In this document: piece by piece, positions 59,934-64,000 of the stretch
Position numbering within the stretch: the stretch's first letter is position 1
Layout of the letters: each line of letters opens with the position of its first letter
From: Octopus sinensis
Lineage: Eukaryota
Direction of reading: 5' to 3'
Length of the DNA stretch: 64,000 nucleotides
Assembly: GCF_006345805.1 (NCBI RefSeq)
Contig: NC_043011.1
Coordinates: forward strand, 44,094,464-44,158,463
Notes under the pieces: generated by a model
The model's database searches: none
What the model was told of the DNA's origin: nothing
The model's input: only the letters and a program-made list of their open reading frames with translations
Program-made: the position numbers and the translations under genes

Positions 59934-62169
59934 GTAAGTTTTATTATAGATTCAATTTCACAGAGGACAAGGAATGACTGTGACCATTGCCAAGGATCGA
60001 CCGATTTCACTCCTCCTTCATTGCAGTTCAAATCCAAGCAGAACCTGCTATGTAGAGCACATTTCCATTCTTGTTCACCATTCACTACATTTGCTCCTAC
60101 CCCTATCTCCAACCAATGATTAGATGCTTGTGAAAGTTTCACCCAGTCCCCACTGATCCAGTGTCTTTATCTTTTCTTATGTTTACCTTCTTGTATCTTG
60201 AAACACTCTGGCATCTTGTCACCGCCGTCTCTACCTTATTTCCGGCTACTTCCACCCACCATTGTGTAATGCGAGGTAATCTTGTATTTCCTCTGTAGCC
60301 TTGTCCCTCTATCAGCTTTAGCTTCTCAACAACTGGTATAGAAACATTGCTCTTCCTACCCCTCTCAAATACTCCTCTGACTAAATAATCAAAGAGACGT
60401 TTTCCTACCTTTTCTTCTTATGACACAAACCCTACTTGTGAAGACCTGTTGAGGCAAGTGAAAATCAAAATCGAAATCGATCAACATCAATGGAAATTGT
60501 AGCTGTGATACCAGTACCGGTGGCATGTAAGGGAACCATCCGATCGTGGCCGTTTGCCAGCCTCGTCTGGCACCTGTGCAGGTGGCACGTAAAAAACACC
60601 CACTACACTCACGGAGTGGTTGGCATTAGGAAGGGCATCTAGCTGTAGAAACACTGCCAAATCAGACTGGGCTTGGTGCAGCCTTCTGGCTTCCGAAACC
60701 CCAGTTGAACCGTCCAACCCATGCTAGCATGGAAAACGGACGTTAAACGAATACGACGATGATGAGGATGATGATGTTCTTGTCTTGCAAGTTATTAGGA
60801 AACCATAATAGTGCCAGTGGCAGAAAGAAAAACAAGAAAACACGCTGTGCACACTTCAAGATGGTTAATGTTAGGAAGGGCTTCCAACGATAGAAACTGT
60901 ACAAAAGCTGATAGTAGTGTTCAGTGTGAGCTTGGGGCTCAGCTGATCCATGCCAGCATGGAAAATGAGTGTTAAACAATGATGATGATGATAATAATGA
61001 TGATAGCATATAGGGGGGTGGTGATAAATTCAGTGAACTGTGTCCCCTCTCACTCAAACCTGTAATCAGGCACCAAGCTATGAATTCTTTTGCAGAGAGG
61101 AATTTAGAAGCCTGTTGTTTGCATGCGTTTGTGTGTGTGTGCGTGTGCGTGTGTTTTGTTAATATTTGTGTTCAAAAGATGTGAAACATCAGCCAGAAAG
61201 TTGCCAATAAACCACTGTTTACAAGCGAAAATGCTGAGTAATATTTGTTCTACCCGAGATGCATGGGCAACCCCTTATCATTATTGGCAGAAATACAGTG
61301 AACTTGTGATTGGCTCATTGGAAACCTGTAATCACTAACACTTTTGTTTACAAAATCTTAAATAAAATGTATACATAAACATACCACGGGACAAAGTATC
61401 CTGTATCTGTTATCGTATTTATATTAGCTTTAACTCATTGTTGCTAATATATGTAATCTTGCATAGCTGCTTGGTGACCCTGTAAGTGCATTTATAAAGT
61501 ACCCAATCCACACTGTAAAGTGGGTGGCATTTGGAAGGGCATCCATCTGTAAAAACCATGCCAAAACTGACCTCGCCTGTGCTGGTGCCACATAAAAAGC
61601 ACCAAGTCCACTCTGCTGAGTGGTTGGTTTTAGGAAGGGCATCCAGCTGTAAAAATCCTGCCAAACAGACACAGAAGCATGGCGCAGGCTCCTGCTTGGT
61701 CAGCTCTTGTCAAACCGTCCAACCCATTCTAGCATGAAAGGAGGACATTAAACAATGGTGATGTTGATGATGATGGCAATAGCAATAAATATTACCATAT
61801 TTTCCTAGTTTATGTGTGTAGTATGAACATGTTAGTAAACATTCTAACACAGTCCCTATTTTCACCAAAACCTTCTGCATTTCATATGGAAGTCTTGGTC
61901 CTTCAAAGTCGTCTTGGTGTACACATCAACCTAGGTTTTTTGGGTTTTTTTTGGTTCTAAATCAAGGCTAGAAAAATTCAGCTTGTATGCTGGAAAGAAT
62001 ATATACTTGTTGTATTTTGTTATCTCCCTTGTATCCTCTGGCATTGTTAAAAATGGAAAAATGGAAATGTACTATTTAAGTACAGCAGTCACTTTAATCA
62101 TCTGTACTTCTTTTTGATTGTAAGGTATGGAGATAGAATTTTGATGTGTCTGGGGAGGGTCATATTGTC

Positions 62170-62368
62170 TTAATGCCTTTATTATCTAACACACTCACCG
62201 GTTCGATTTCCACTCATTTATTATTTATATTTTTTCTTCCAAAATTTTCATTGCTTTTGCAACCTTGTGTGATGAGGATGCAAAAGGATGAAAATTTTGG
62301 AAGAAAAAATATAAATAATGAATGAGTGGAAATCGAACCAGTGAGTGTGTTAGATAATAAGGCATTAA
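62170..62368. mobile_element. Hairpin MITE-like element, about 80-90-bp TIRs, TTAA ends
   Basis: ttaatgcctttattatctaacacactcac... and ...gtgagtgtgttagataataaggcattaa. Confidence 0.75.
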
Positions 62369-62856
62369 CACAACATGACTCTCCTCAGACACAACATCAT
62401 TTGCATCAACACACAAATTCACATGGAGTATTTTGCAAACCAGATATAAAAACAAAGGAGATAAAATTGTTTGTGTATTGAAAGTTGTGAAAATGTCAAG
62501 AGTGGACGGCCTTTCTCTAAGTGTTGACCTGTGAGTCAGACAGAGGGAATTGGAGAGGGTACTTGCCTTTGGTGTTCAGTGAGATCTTGGACAGTGGGGT
62601 TCCTCGACTTTTCCCTAGAGGTCATCCTGTATCAGAAGGACTACTTCTCTATCATAGGCCCACCCCACATTTTTTAACTTTTGTTTACTTTATATATTTA
62701 TCTTTATTTTCATTATATATCATGTATATTTATCCCCTTTTTTTGTTATCTATTTATTTTTCATTTCATTATATGTAAACCCCCACATATGTCTGTTTTG
62801 TATTGTCCCCCTCATCTTTCACCCTGGTGACAAATAAATAAAATAATCATTATTAA

Positions 62857-62898
<42 letters not shown>

Positions 62899-62900
62899 AG

Positions 62901-62987
62901 GTTTCACCATAAACGAGTTGTTGAACAACTTCGGGCTTGTGGAGTGTTGGAAACCATCCGTATCAGTGCTGCTGGATTCCCTGCAAG
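62901..62987 (+). CDS. Myo5: Myosin V SH-helix exon [28 protein letters not shown](R)
   Basis: (tta)n-cag acceptor, gtaaac donor, phase 2 to 2. Confidence 0.95.
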
Positions 62988-63538
62988 GTAAACTTAAAAT
63001 TCACTTGTGTCCCATTATTTCTCATTAACGGTAGCGTAGAGGGAGGTTGCAGGTGGAGAGAAAACACCTGGTACTATTTAGTTGCCTGTGAAGGTGGACT
63101 TTGCCTTTCATCTTTTTGGATTGATAAAATAAAGTACCCAACCATTCTCCTCAAATTTGCTAGCCTTCGGCTTAATACAGAAACAATTACTGTCATTATT
63201 ATTATTATTATTTTTTTTTTCTTCTTCTTTCAAATTTGCTTCCATTTCTTGCCGAGTGTCAATTATTATTATTATTATTGTTATTATTGTTGTTATTATT
63301 ATTATCATTGTTATTATTATGAAGGTGGCAAGCTTTGCAGAATCGTTAGCACATTGGGCAAAATGCTTAGCAGTATTTCGCCTATCACTATGTTCAGAGT
63401 TCAAATTCCACCGAGGTCAACTGTGCCTTTCATCCTTTCGGGGTCAATAAATTAAGTACCAGTGAAACATTGGGGGTCGATGTAATTGACTAGTCCTCAC
63501 ACCAAAAATTTCAAGGCCTTGTGCCCTCCATAGAAAGG

Positions 63539-63576
<38 letters not shown>

Positions 63577-63577
<1 letters not shown>

Positions 63578-63965
63578 GGATGGAAGCACTCCGTCGGTTA
63601 CGACGACGAGGGTTCCGGTTGATCCGAATCAACGGAACAGCCTGCTTGTGAAATTAACGTGTAAGTGGCTGAGCTCTCCACAGACACGTGCACCCTTAAC
63701 ATAGTTCTCGGGGATATTCAGCGTGACACAGAGAGTGACAAGGCCAGCCCCTTGAAATACAGGTACAACAGAAACAGGAAGTAAGAGTGAGAGAAAGTTG
63801 TGGTGAAAGAGTACAGCAGGGATCACCACCATCCCCTGCCGGAGCCTCGTGGAGCTTTTAGGTGTTTTCGCTCAATAAACACTCACAACGCCCGGTCTAG
63901 GAATCGAAACCGCGATCCTATGACCGCGAGTCCGCTGCCCTAACCACTGGGCCATTGCGCCTCCA
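63577..63965 (-). mobile_element. Near-full-length tRNA-derived SINE; relatives at 4370-4570, 34497-34848, 51534-51870, 55860-56175
   Basis: A box tggcccagtggttag (63940-63954), B box ggtttcgattcc (63900-63911), tail abutting (TTA)n. Confidence 0.85.
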
Positions 63966-64000
63966 CTATTATTATTATTATGTAGTGGCAACCTGGCTGA

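Larger units (their letters stand above)
28546..62987 (+). other. Myo5: Class V unconventional myosin gene, partial (16 coding exons, motor domain); 5' end uncertain, 3' end beyond window
   Basis: Spliced 1919 nt reads open through [32 protein letters not shown] and [39 protein letters not shown] and TVGSQF are class V-type motifs. All introns are GT-AG with matching phases. Confidence 0.93.

Noticed and set aside
63895-63965. tRNA-like A/B boxes here and at other SINE heads
   Set aside because: They run into SINE bodies and lack a complete cloverleaf, so they are not tRNA genes.

Overview
AT-rich, repeat-dense animal genomic DNA. The SINE, MITE and microsatellite landscape looks like a coleoid cephalopod, probably Octopus; this is inferred from recalled repeat families, not from a search. 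The only confidently identifiable gene is a + strand class V unconventional myosin. Sixteen GT-AG exons (28546-62987, 1919 nt, all phases compatible, no stops) encode almost the whole motor domain with intact P-loop, switch I and switch II but several atypical substitutions. Its first exons could not be found with confidence, and the gene runs past the window end. Upstream are a strong 12-nt microexon candidate (5083-5094) and a weaker exon candidate (15266). The rest is tRNA-derived SINEs, CR1-, R4/Dong- and RTE-like LINE remnants, piggyBac/mariner/hAT/Helentron-like MITEs, minisatellites and several long fold-back palindromes. The most interesting signal is a set of short (TA)n-flanked elements carrying hammerhead-ribozyme cores. 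One is an apparently intact canonical type I hammerhead (54982-55052, -). Two sequence-unrelated elements (53883/54650 on +, 19203-19286 on -) have the full hammerhead core and helices I, II and III, but with the three strands in a non-canonical, triply pseudoknotted order and fully covarying base pairs. No CRISPR, rRNA or bona fide tRNA genes were seen. All folds and alignments were done by eye.
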